64,000 bases of DNA from assembly GCA_964106915.2 (NCBI GenBank), contig OZ066914.1; one strand, given 5' to 3'. Source of the stretch: Podarcis gaigeae (lineage: Eukaryota). The position numbers and the translations under genes are program-made. Under the pieces are notes generated by a model. That model worked only from the letters and a program-made list of their open reading frames with translations, did not search any database and was not told the origin of the DNA. Shown piece by piece: positions 10,926-22,789 of the stretch. Every line of letters starts with the position of its first letter. Position 1 is the first letter of the stretch.

Positions 10926-13516
10926 CTAGAAATAAAATTCAAGAGCTACTGTTAGAAATATAGCCTCCCTGTTTGCCTCATTATTGCTTTCAAGAAGGCA
11001 CATTTCAATCACAGGCCAGTTGGATTCTTTATCACATAAATTACAGCACAAGACAACTATAGCAGTTTAATTATCATGGTCTGGCATATTAGAGAAACTT
11101 TATGGGAACGGTCAGGAATTTCTCTTGGTTTTGGTTCATGCCTCCTACATAATGTGCTCAACCAGCGTAGTGGGATGATATACTACTGCTCAGTTGCTAT
11201 GCAGCTTCTTTACACAGAAGGAAATCCCACTTATTGGTGTAATTTAGAATAATGAGTGAAATTGCACTAACTTCTTGGTCCATGTCTTCAGTTGCCCGAC
11301 CTCCACATCTGGATTCTGCTTACCTGGATACAGCTGTACTGGGCTTTAGAAGCAGCCTAAGGCCAGAAGGCCTAAAGTATTACTCATCCACCCTCCCGTT
11401 CTCTAAGGAATGTGTGTAAGTGCAATGGTGGGTATAAAGCAAAGGCTGCATTCACCAGCATTAGTTAAGTGTGCGGTATCAGCAGTGAAGCTGAAGGTTA
11501 CATGCTATATGGTGACAGTATAGCATGGTGAGCTAACACTGGATGAGTCTGCTGGAGCTTTGCATACTCTGCTGATCACACTGACTGACGTGTGATGAAG
11601 AATCAACAACAGATGGTTGGCCCAGTGTAACAGATTATGGGCCAACTGACTTCACAAGTCTAACACCACTGAGTTCCAAGTGTTTCTGCACAGGACTATA
11701 TCCTTAAAGTAATAACTAACCCGAATCGAGTTCCAACAACATATAACTAGTTTCATTCAACAACTAGGGGCTCTGGGTGGGGTATTTATTGTTATAGCCA
11801 CATCAAAACACGCATTCAACTACTTTGTTGAAGCCCAAATGAGCACCATGTTAGCCAGCTACACATGACTGACCCTGTTTCCATAAGAAGACAGACACGT
11901 CTTTGAGTTGTAAAGTTATGAAAAAACAATTCCAAACTGAACCTGAAAATAATACAGTTAGTTAAGACACTGGTTCAATTGCCATTAAGTATTATTTACT
12001 TATTTGTTTGTTTGTTGTAAATAATAATATACCACCTTTCTGGGTAAAATCTTCCCAAACGTATTTCAAGCAAACTAAGAACATTTGGATCACCAAAAAA
12101 TTATACTATGCTATGATATATTAATTTATCTAGCCTTTGCTTTAATTTTCAGTCATCCCTGGTCCAGCAGTCTTGATCTTTACCCACTGACTATGTTTGC
12201 ATGTAATGTTAAGCTATGGTTAGCTTTGCATGCACAAGCTGCAGTGAGCCCAAGCAAAGCATTGCACTCGTGCACTCCTCCCTTCTCCTTCCATGGAGTT
12301 GTAAGGAGGGCCAGTTTCACTTTTAAAATGTTGATTTGATCTGTTTTTACATATGAGGAAACCTGGATTACAATAAACTCCAGAAAGTTTCAAAACAAGA
12401 AAACACAGTGGCTAAAACAAAATAAAGGGAAATACAAAGTTGCCCTTGGGGAAAAGGAAAGTTTACAGAGTTACCAAATCCAAATACAGCATGCATCTAC
12501 ACAGTTACATCCCATAATGAACTGCAATAAACTCCTCGTCATTAATTGTAATAATTAACTGTGCAGTAAACAATTACTCCAATAACTCAGAAATTGATAA
12601 AATACTTCTGCTTTTCAGGGTTTATGACTACAACAGAGAGTTTGGTTGTGCACACACAGCATGGCTTTTGGCCTTTTTCTTCCTGTTCTTCTGCACCACT
12701 CTTCAAGCCACTACTTTTAAATTCCATGAAGTTTCAAAAGAGGTATGTGTGCCCTCTGAAAGGAATTGGGGCCTGTGTTGCAAAAGTAAAAATAGAATCA
12801 GTTGAAAGGAAAAGGGAGCTTAAGGATCACTTAACACCTTCATTGAGATGAGACTTGAGTATTATCCCTGTTGGCTCATTTTTATCTGTTCCTTTTAAAT
12901 ATATATAATTACACATGCACACAACTCACAGATTCTATATAATTTATGTCCTAGATCAAAAGAAACACTTTCAGGTTGCATGTGCTCCCTTCCTTTAATA
13001 GCATCTCTGCTGAAACTTAGGGCAGTTTCAGAAACAGTTGCAGTAAAGCATAGAGGTCTGACATGCAAAGGAATGTATTTCCACTGGGAATGTTAAATGG
13101 CTTTAGCCTGCCTTAAGAAAGTGTTTTGAAACTGTCCAATAACATGTACATTGGATGACAGCTGCACTGGATTTATTCCCACTAGAGGCCCATTATTTTC
13201 ATTGCAACCAGATGATAAGTCACCATATCTGAATATGAAATATAGAAAATACCAAGTTTATTTCAGCTTTCATTATGGACACTATTGTAAAATTTGAAAA
13301 TGGGGGTGCGGTTAAACTACTTAGTTTGGTTCAGTTTTGCCACTTAGATGTAACATAATGTCACTTTTTTCAATCTGGAAGTTCTCTGCTCTCTCTCACA
13401 TTAGTCTTGAATAATAATGCATTTGCTGTAACAGTCTGTTAACCACCACACTCACATGCATATTAATTACATTAATAACTGTAAAGTCATATGAATCAAT
13501 ATAGTCACATATTTAC

Positions 13517-13615
13517 CATAATTTGGGCATCAACAGCCTGTTCCTGTATTGTGTATAAAGCCTTTGCCAGATCTTCATCACCATCTTGCAGGCTAAATTC
13601 ATCGTCGGCTGGTAC
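13517..13615 (-). CDS. SPAG16: SPAG16 coding exon 3 (VPADDEFSLQDGDEDLAKALYTIQEQAVDAQIM)
   Basis: 99 nt, cttag| acceptor, |gtaaat donor. Matches remembered human IPDDNFSIPEGEEDLAKAIQMAQEQATDTEIL. Confidence 0.95.
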
Positions 13616-15796
13616 CTAAGACAGAATTATAAATACATATACAATGAGCACATCCACTGAGTTGAGGGAAACTGTTTCAATCCCCAAGATTCTATAATCT
13701 ATTTGCCACAATTCAGCAATGGAATGGCTTTTTGTATATGTCAGATCCCTGCTTCAGGGCTGTATCTAACTAAATCGTACTCACAACAGTCCCACTGAAA
13801 TGAATGTGCATGACTAACTAAGGATCATAATTTCAATGAGTCTACTCTGAATATGACTAAGACTTATTTCATTTTTGTTGTTGTTGTTGTTTACTTGCTT
13901 AGTCGTGTCTCTACCTAAATAAGGGTCTTAGGTTATAGAACTAGGAATTTCTGAAACCCCAGCGGAGGTATTGCTAGACAGCATAGGCCAGAGATCAGAT
14001 TCAGTATAACATTATTTCCTTATATCTTAATATCCCTAACTAATATACCTTCTTTATTCATTTTCATCAGGGGACCCAATCTGCATAAGTATTTATGGGA
14101 TGGAGAAGCTATAAGGTCCATCTATTTAAATGAGATGAGAACTCCATATTCAAATGCAATATATACACAATATTCTAGATCAGGACACTAGGTTGCCAGT
14201 TTAATGGGGTACTATGTTTACTGTTTCTGTCAATTAAAGACTGCCAATTTTGTACAGGCGAACTTGGTAAATGCACAAAAATGCCTGTAATGTTTTCCTT
14301 TGCATGAGAATACAACTTCTCCTCATATGTTGCTATGGATCAAAGTCTACATGAAATTAGCGTTCTAGAAATGTGTACCAAATCATGGGATATTAAAAGT
14401 GAGAGCATACTATAGACCATAGTTTTACCCGAAGTTCAGAAGTCACTGAGCATATTTATCTGTGGCATCAGTAGGATTTGGTTCATATCAGAGTCCTGTC
14501 CCTGAGCAATTTTACATGGATGTTTTTACTATTCAGCAGGAATAAATGAAAAAACTATAAGCAGGATGTTTCTTATTATCTTTCATTTTCATGGACACGT
14601 AAGTATAAAAGTGCATGCACTGTTTTCAGTGTGAGAATGCCTATAAATTACCTGGGATAAACAGAATCAATTGTACATTACAAATTATGTGCACTTGCAT
14701 ACATAAATGTAGGCTTGCAACTATGAAAATGTAAGTTGAACATTCAGGCACCAAGTGGCCAGTACTATCCCAGAATGGATTAACCGGATGCATTTAACTG
14801 ATTTTAAATTAAGATAGTACTAATTAACAAATTTCTGCTTAAAGTCACCAGCTTTTCATTGATACAACATACTATTTTTTTCAGGCACCAACTGCGCAAG
14901 AATAAGATTAAAAACATTCAAATATTTTCTATCCTAAATCAGGCCAATTCTATTTCCAGATTATTTACAAACTTACTTAATGTTTGACTGTATTATTTAC
15001 ATTTACATGCATGGAATGGGGATTGTTCGTTATATGTCTTTTTAGAAACCACAATACAAAGTTAAGGAGAAAAAAGAATTGTAAAAGAATAAAATAAAAC
15101 CAGGCACTTGTGAAACCAGGCACTTGTGAAAAATTACACCAGGCATTGTTTTCTCCCCTCTCCACATCAGTATTCAGTGAACAAAAAAACAAACCAAACC
15201 TTTACAAGATCAGAAGATCAGTTCAGTGTACACTTTTATCACATTTTGTCCTAAGTAGGTTTGAAGTTCATATTGTGACATCGGTTTCATAATTTTTGAC
15301 CTGGCAATATATCACGAATAATGATGATGATGTTGAAGTTGAAATGTGTGTGTGTGCGCGAGCGCACTATGCAACAATCACAATGTGAGAAAAACTGTGA
15401 AACCAGCCAATGCTTCTCTCAATTCCTGCAACCGGCTCAGCTCTCCGCTGCCTCATGCAGGGGGCAGCGAATCACAAGAACAGGCACTAGCAAAAATCAA
15501 GATGTGGGATAAACCATGAAGCCAGCCAATGCCTCTACATAGCTCCATCCTTATTTCAGACATTGTGATATATCGGTATATCGCGATGTTTAGCTGGTGA
15601 TATAGCACAGTGTTGAAAACCAGATATCACCCTAGTTCTGGGATAGACCTTGCCCTTCATTTATAAATAATAAAGCGTGTAAGACTATTTTTTGTGGCTA
15701 ACAATAAAATAAATTGTATTTCTCTGTCACTTATCAATATCACAATTTGTACTTAAAAATAAAATAGGTTGCAATTTTTGTGTTAACGTCTCTTAC

Positions 15797-15843
15797 CTCT
15801 TCATATTGGTAGTCATCTTCAGAGCTTTCTGCTACTGAAACCT
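15797..15843 (-). CDS. SPAG16: SPAG16 coding exon 2 (QVSVAESSEDDYQYEE)
   Basis: 47 nt, ttag| acceptor, |gtaaga donor. Matches remembered human QVTITEASEDDYEYEE; phase 1->0. Confidence 0.93.
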
Positions 15844-18389
15844 CTAAATGTTAAGTTAAGTATAAAACAGTAAATAGTATTTACTGAGCAACACATACTC
15901 TGCAATTCTTGGGATAAGCAAATTCTATTCAGAGCTGTCAGTTTGCTGCTTGACTGCCTACACACACAACAGTGAAAGCCACTATACATCTGGCAACAAA
16001 ATTTAGTTCTCAAACATTTATGAACACCATTTAGTGAATATTTGCTTTGCTTTGCTTCAGGAATTCAGGTTGCTATTTTCTCCAGGGATGCTGGAACAGA
16101 TTCTAATCTCAGCTTGACTGTGTTACAAACTCCCAAGAGTTATCACATCTTCCAATAAATATCTGTATTTATTCATAAAGTACCTGTCCATTCAATTATC
16201 ATTTCTAATTTCATTGCTGGGAGGGGGGTTGTCATTTTTGAGCTTGCCAAAAATGCTTCTGTTATGAGATATAAATATTGTTCACTAGGATTAGGACTGT
16301 ATTTTTTTTAATACTTCTACAGGAAATGCTAATTCACTGATGCTGTGATGTGAAGCACTGTGTCAAGAGGATGAGGGTGAAAAGACTTCACAAGGGCACT
16401 ATTTTCCACCTTGGTGTTTCTGGTGTTAAAACTTCTTAATGATCTGCACAGTGCACAATTGCCACAGAAGTCTGCTATCTGTTGCCCCAGCACCAAACAA
16501 GTCATTCTGATTGGGTGTTTTAAAAGCATACTTGTGGCCCTTTTTATTGGGTGGTGAAAGAGGGCCTTTAAAAAGTGTTCACAATGCCTGGCAGAAGCCA
16601 GAAGGTGGGTAGCAGCTCTTTGTATCATGCTATTCCTTTGTATCAGCAGACTCCCACCTACAAGCTCCTCTCTCAGGTTTACTGCAACCCACAAGATGCA
16701 AAAGGGGGCTAATATCTCTGGACAAAACTATAGGGTCCCTATAACTACCCTGGCAACCATGGGTATAACCAGAATTTATGTGGGGTGGGCAGGCGGGGGT
16801 TACACCCACCTGTCATCATCCTGTGTCTGGCTCTGTCTAGCAGATTAGGAATGAAATGTCTCAACAACAGTTGTTTTAAATTAATTTCTTACGGCAGTTG
16901 TTTGAAATTACTTTTCTTTTGCTCAGAAAAATCTGTCAAAATCTTCAGTCATTTGAAAATTAGGAAGTCAAATAAAAAAATAACATCAGGGAGTACCTTT
17001 CATGCAGTTAATGATTATATTTTACAAAATTACAAAGAACACATATATTTCATTTTATTTTTTAAAAATCTAAAGTAAAACAAGTTTTCTTGGCTTTGCT
17101 GAAAACCTTTTCAGCACTTCCTTCTCAAATTTCTCCTTTTTTCTGATGCAGTTTTTCTGTGCACACTCAGTAAGCATATCCCATTGAGACTCTCCTGCCA
17201 CTGTCGACCTTTGCTCTCTGTAAGGTACTGAATGATCACCCTACAGTACAAGTGGTGCATGACTGAGCAAGAGAGATCAGAGCCTTTTTGTAGTAGGGTA
17301 AAAGATTTCTGCCTCTTTTACTAGGACTGCTCTTTGCTGAGTTTCTTCACCTTCCACATGGTGTCCCAGAGTTCAGCTTCAGTCGAAGTCTTGCAACTGA
17401 TAAGAACTGCTTGGCTTCCATCTTGAAGGGTCATCTCCAACATGATACAGGGGTGTAGGGCCAAAAGTGAAAAAGCAGGTGAGAAATGATGCTCTAACAA
17501 AGACACTAAAGTGTCCAGGTAATGAGTTATAAATAGCCTGGGGAAAACTTCCAGTTGACAGGCCTTGCAGGTGCGCACTCTCAGGAGAAAATCATGGAAA
17601 CTACGAGAAGCTTCCAGAACCAAGCTTCCTGCAACGTGATTGGTCAGTTTGCAGAAGCCACACCTATCACTCAGTCAGGTTGCCAGTTGTGTTGGTAGAA
17701 TGCAACACAACATCATCCAAGTGACCTCAGTGAACATTTCAATTTCCAATATTCTGATTATTTCTACTTTTAGTTAAGTATTTTTATTTATTTACTTTAA
17801 GGGGGAGCAGCTGAAACCCCCCCTCGCTACATCCACGCTGGCAACCAAATAATGTATTCCAAAATATCAGTGGTTCATTCACGTGCTCATCTTCCAATGT
17901 GATACATACCATCATCTGCCAACAATGCCCTTCTGCACACTACACAGAACAGGCTTGTCCCTACACAAAACAATAAACAGGCACTAATCTGACATCACAG
18001 ATGGCAATATGAAAAAAATGTTCCTTTGTACCTTAAACAAAGGAACTTCAAGGGGAGATTTGCAAAGGAACCACAGTTCATAGAATCATACAGTTGGAAT
18101 GTACCCAAGGGTCATCTAGTCCAACCCCCTGCAATGCAATTCATCAAGTGGTTACATGCTCTCATTTGTGAAATGAATTGAGAAAAAAGATTTCTGTCAT
18201 GTGTCAATTGGCTCACCAATGCCTGGACATCTGTATCAACAATAACTGGGTTTTTTGTGGACAGCCACTATTGACTGTTACTCTCTGTACTTTACTGCAT
18301 TTAATTTCCTTCTGACCTTACTGTTTATACCACCACCTGCCCCATTACGCATGCTTGGATAGATATGCATACAGCTCCGGATAACATTT

Positions 18390-18460
18390 CATGCAACTGA
18401 TGAAGTGGACTGTAGTCCACAAAAGCTAAAGCTTTAAGGTGCCTCAAGACTCTTCGTTAT
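18390..18460 (+). mobile_element. Penelope-like element terminal fragment with decayed hammerhead motif
   Basis: CTGATGA-AGTGGACTGTAGTCCAC-AAAA-GCT then CTTTAAGGTGCC. Same architecture as the 39.4 kb copy. Confidence 0.6.
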
Positions 18461-19272
18461 AAGAAGCTACCAAATGAGTCAAAGCCTGTTGGACAACAAG
18501 AGGCAGTCTGTGCTGTCGACTCTTTCAGTATAGTCTGTAGTAAGAAGACAATAGGAGAGGCACAAGTTTTACTGGGGCCAGGAAGGAGATGCAATATGGT
18601 ACAAATAATGTTATCTAAAGTAAGTTATAGTACCATTCACTGCCCTCCCCCTTTTGAAATGTCTATTAAATGTTATTAGAAGATGCTGCAATGCTGACAA
18701 ATATGTCACAACACCAAATCCACCCAATATTTCAAATAAGAGCAGCTGAAGAAAAAGCTTGATGATTTAAGGCACTTCAAGCCAGAAAGCATTCTGTACA
18801 TTTTTTATAAGGGCATGGGACTTGGCAGATCCTTTAAGCTACTTCATTGTAGACTCACTGTGGAGACTACACATTTAAGGAAAGAAAAAGACTCTTTGTA
18901 GGGATGCTATATAGCAGGGAGTGGGAACCTCAGGGTCTGGGGCAAAATGTGACTCTCCAGGACTATCTGGCCCTCCAGACTCTCCTCAAGTCACACACCC
19001 TCCAGATCCCTCACTAGACCTGCTTTGCACTCTTGCTGAGTGTTTTTGCCTGGCTGGAATGTGTCCTTAGAATCACCAGATCTCCGAAGTCTCAGATCCC
19101 AACAGCCACAGCATGGAGGCGCAAGCCTGGGACTCCATGAAGCAGTCGCAGAGCAAGGTTGCACTTCAAAATTCTAACTGATATCCAATATCACATTACT
19201 GATCTCTTTTCAATTTGTTTTGACATATATTTATGTACCTGCTTTGGTGTCTACTTGAGTCACAAGCTCTTT

Positions 19273-19274
<2 letters not shown>

Positions 19275-19352
<78 letters not shown>
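19275..19352. repeat. Compound (GA)n(GAAA)n microsatellite
   Basis: Directly visible. Confidence 0.95.
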
Positions 19353-20085
19353 AATATTTCTACTGGAGGAACACAATGGAAAAGGTGGTGATGATTTAAA
19401 CTTTATTATTGGGTAAGCTGGGTCCTATAAAAATAAAAAACCGTGCTTTTGCATCCTAGACTTCAAAGTAACTCATTTCCCTGAAGATCCTGAATAACTA
19501 ACGTAGAAGAAGGAAGTATGAGAAGCTAGGCCTGCCTAGTTAGTTGTGATAAGCTCTGACTAGGTAAGCAAAATTCCTTTTCACAATACCATGCAGATTT
19601 GCATTGGGAATTCTGCATTAACTACTCCAAAGCCATCAGGCTGCAGCCTGAGTATTGTGCATGCCTTTAGTTTCTCCTGATAAGGTGACCGTCGTTCAAA
19701 TAGCAGTTTAATATATTTCACAATTCAAGGCATATTTATTGAAATTAGATGGTATTTATGCTTTAGCTCTACAGAGATACATTCTTCTAAAACAGCTGAC
19801 ATGTGCATTAGTCAGAAAAGAATAAAAGGGTATGCTGTCACTGCCTGCTCCCCATTGCTTTATCTTTATATTTAACTTCCCTTAAGAACTGTAATGGGGC
19901 AGCTACAAAACCTGAAACTATGGGTCAAGCTCCCTGGAAGCTGGCAAACATTGTGATGGTCTGTTTTTGCTTTAGTATCCGGTTAATGGGAAAGATGAAC
20001 GCACTGTCATTCATCACATGGAAATATGAGTTCTACCTACATGGCAAAGCCTGCAACATTTCAGTCCAGAGTACAAACCTATGCA

Positions 20086-20688
20086 GGGACGTGGATGGTG
20101 CTGTGGTCTAAACCACCAAGATTCTTGGGCTTGCTATTCGTAAGGTCAGCAATTTGAATCTGAGCAATGGGATGAGTTCCCATTGCTTTGTCCCAGCTCC
20201 TGTCAACCTAGCAGTTTGAAAGCATACCAGCTAGAGTAGATAAATACCGTACTTTCCTGTTTATAAGATGCCCCCTTGTATATTTTAAGAAAAGGAGGAG
20301 AGATGGCCCAAAGTTGTTGAGCCTCTCCTCCCATGCAGCTGTGGGCAGGAAACACTCCCTAGCCTAGATCGTTTCCCACACACGGCGGCATCAGGTGAAT
20401 TTGCACTCCCTCTAGCCACCAGGTTTGCAGGAGCGCAACCTCCCCCGATGCCGCCACGCATGGGAAACGATCCAGGGAGTGCTTCCCATGCACAGTGGCA
20501 TTGGGTGGATTTGCGCTCCCATCATGGTGTTCCATTGTGCCAGAGGTGGTTTAGTCATGCTGGCCACATGACCCAGAAAAGCTGTCTGTGGACAAACACT
20601 GGCTCCCTCAGCCTGAAAGAGATGAGCACTGCACCCCATAGTCAAATTTGATTGGACTCAACTGTCTAGGGGTCCTTTACCTTCACCT
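20086..20688 (+). mobile_element. Old Sauria SINE interrupted by a Tc2-like DNA-transposon fragment (about 20246-20520)
   Basis: SINE head GGGACGTGGATGGTGCTGTGGTCTAAACCAC and tail TTTACCTTCACCTT. Insert begins TACCGTACTTTCCTGTTTATAAGA. Confidence 0.7.
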
Positions 20689-21371
20689 TACAAACCAATG
20701 CACACCTACTTAGTAGTTACTTCTGAGGACTGAGTTGCAAGGTTGCAACCCAGTGCCTATTTTTCTGGGATCAGCCCCCTCCCACTAAACCCACAAAAAC
20801 CTCTCTATCGTGCAAAAGGTCCAGCTGAAAAATTTCAAGGAGACCTTTGCCCCAACTCAGCTCCTCTTGGGAAAAGCAATCCTAAGAAGACTGAAGGAGG
20901 GTGCAGGAAGATAAAAGGTGCTTAAGAAAATTACAACATCACCTTATTATTATTTATTAAATTTGTTAGTCGCTTTATCTTGCCAAAGGCAACCCAAAGC
21001 AATTTACAAACAAACATAACAAAAGGGGTTTGCTCCCAGGGCCTTCAGAAAGCAGGATTTAAGAGAAACGTATTTTCTTACATCACTTGTTGCTGTTACA
21101 ACTATGCAAATTAACAACAGGGATCATCACATTTATGGGGAAATAGAAGTATGAACCCAGATGCGGGGGGGGAGGGGGTCCCAAACGGAATAAAAGTGCC
21201 GAAGGGACTTAAAGCACAAAGTTTTCCACCTACAAGGATTTGGTTTGAGGAGTTAATCTATATTTGTTTGCTCAAACCCGCTTAAATAAAAGCAGTAAGA
21301 ACTTTCCCCCCTGAACATAGACGCCTACACCCATATTGATCCCTGTGCCCCTATTTATAGATAGAAAGATA

Positions 21372-21711
21372 GGGACGCATGTGGTGCTGTGGGTTAAACC
21401 ACACAGCCTAGGGCTTGCCGATCGGAAGGTCGGCGGTTTGAATCCCTGCGACGGGGGGAGCTCTCGTTACTCAGTCCCTGCTCCTGCCAACCTAGCAGTC
21501 CGAAAGCACGTTGAAAGTGTAAGTAGATAAATAGGTATCACTCCTGCGGGAAGGTAAACGGCGTTTCTGTGCGCTGCTCTGGTTTTGCCATAAGCGGCTT
21601 AGTCCTGCTGGCCACATGACCTGGAAACCTTCCCTCGGCCGGAAGCCAGATGAGCGCCCCAACCCCAGAGTTGCCTTTGACTGGACATAACCGCCCAGGG
21701 GTCCTCTACCT
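21372..21711 (+). mobile_element. Sauria (Squam1) SINE
   Basis: GGGACGCATGTGGTGCTGTGGGTTAAACCAC head; conserved body GCCAACCTAGCAG...AGTAGATAAATAGGT. Confidence 0.9.
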
Positions 21712-21819
21712 AGATTATGGGATACATTACAGGGTGGACAGGTGACCAATGATAGGCGACAGAGAGATACTCGACAGGTGGAAAGCGATAGAGAAGGATA
21801 GCAGGACGTTTCTAAAGAA

Positions 21820-22180
21820 TTACACGGGCGACGGTCCTGCTGGGTTTGCGCGGCAAGCGGCGCTCTCAGCGGAAGCGTCTCCCCTCGCCCGGCCCAAGGA
21901 TACGCTGCAGGCAGAAGGTGCCCTCCGTCGTCGTCACCGTCGCCGCCTCCTCCATGCCCGCCGCCGCCGCCGCCGCCTCAGCCCGTCCCGCCGACCAGGC
22001 CGCGCCGCGTCGCTCCGTTGCCCAGGCGACCCCGCAGCCCCGCCCCCGCCCCGCCCCGCGGTCGCGTAAGAAACAGCCCACCAGGCGCGGCTCGCATGCG
22101 CAGTGTAAAGCGCGCCCGTGGCCTGGCCGGCTAACGTGGGAATTCACGCGTCACACACGTGTCCTGACGGTGCTGCGTGC
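21820..22180 (-). promoter_or_regulatory. SPAG16: SPAG16 CpG-island promoter/5'UTR with RFX X-box (22017-22030), GC boxes and NRF1-like site (22093-22102)
   Basis: High CpG/GC. GTTGCCCAGGCGAC imperfect palindrome, tandem CCCGCCCC, CGCATGCGCA, and (CCG)n directly upstream of the ATG. Confidence 0.75.
21904..21955 (-). CDS. SPAG16: SPAG16 coding exon 1 (MEEAATVTTTEGTFCLQ + 1 nt)
   Basis: ATG in good Kozak context (gcgggcATGG) inside a CpG island. 52 nt ending in phase 1 at GTATCCTT donor. EGTFCLQ aligns with remembered human SPAG16 EGAYYLEQ and joins exon 2 in frame. Confidence 0.88.
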
Positions 22181-22532
22181 ATTCCAAGAAAGCCGTACTT
22201 CTCTGGCTCAGAAGGTTTATACACCGCTCGACTGTAGAAACAGAATAATAATAATAATAATAATAATAATCCCACCCCTCAAAGCACTTAACGAAAGAAA
22301 GGTAATAAAACCGAGGAGCAATCCACAGCCCTGTCTTGAAAACGTGCAAAAGTCAGAATACGAAAATGGATGGAAAGTCACCTCAGCTTTCTAAAGCCCT
22401 GCTGAGTGGGCAAATGAGACGAAAAGGTTTGACACGATTCCAAAGGTAGCAGCAAAAGGAGCCCTAAGCAATTAATGAAGCGCATCGAAGAGCGTGATCC
22501 AGCTCGGACGTCTCCACATGAATCGGGTGATC

Positions 22533-22789
22533 CAGTGCCGGATTTAGGTATCAGCTAAACAAGCTATAGCTTAGGGCCCCCCAAAAATGTAAAGGGGAAA
22601 AAACCTGAATATACCTTTCCAAAATATATTCTGTTCTGTGCAAATGCCTTTAGATACCTATTAGGTCCATGCAGCATATATTCCACACACAAAACAGCGA
22701 CAGTATGTTGTTGACAAAGGACAGCTGGACATATAAAGGCCCCATTACATTGAGGAGCTGAGGCTTCATCAAACCTCAATCCGGTCCTG
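22533..22789. mobile_element. Non-autonomous DNA transposon (MITE)
   Basis: Imperfect TIRs CAGTGCCGGATTTAGGT / ACCTCAATCCGGTCCTG; TSD ambiguous. Confidence 0.55.

Noticed and set aside
17080-17623. Coding-looking minus-strand stretch within SPAG16 intron 1
   Set aside because: No recognisable homology, and exons 1 and 2 already join in frame. Possibly an old transposon remnant.
21749-22394. Plus-strand ORFs over the SPAG16 promoter, and ORFs at 56540-57134 over the IKZF2 promoter
   Set aside because: Stop-poor CpG-island artefacts.
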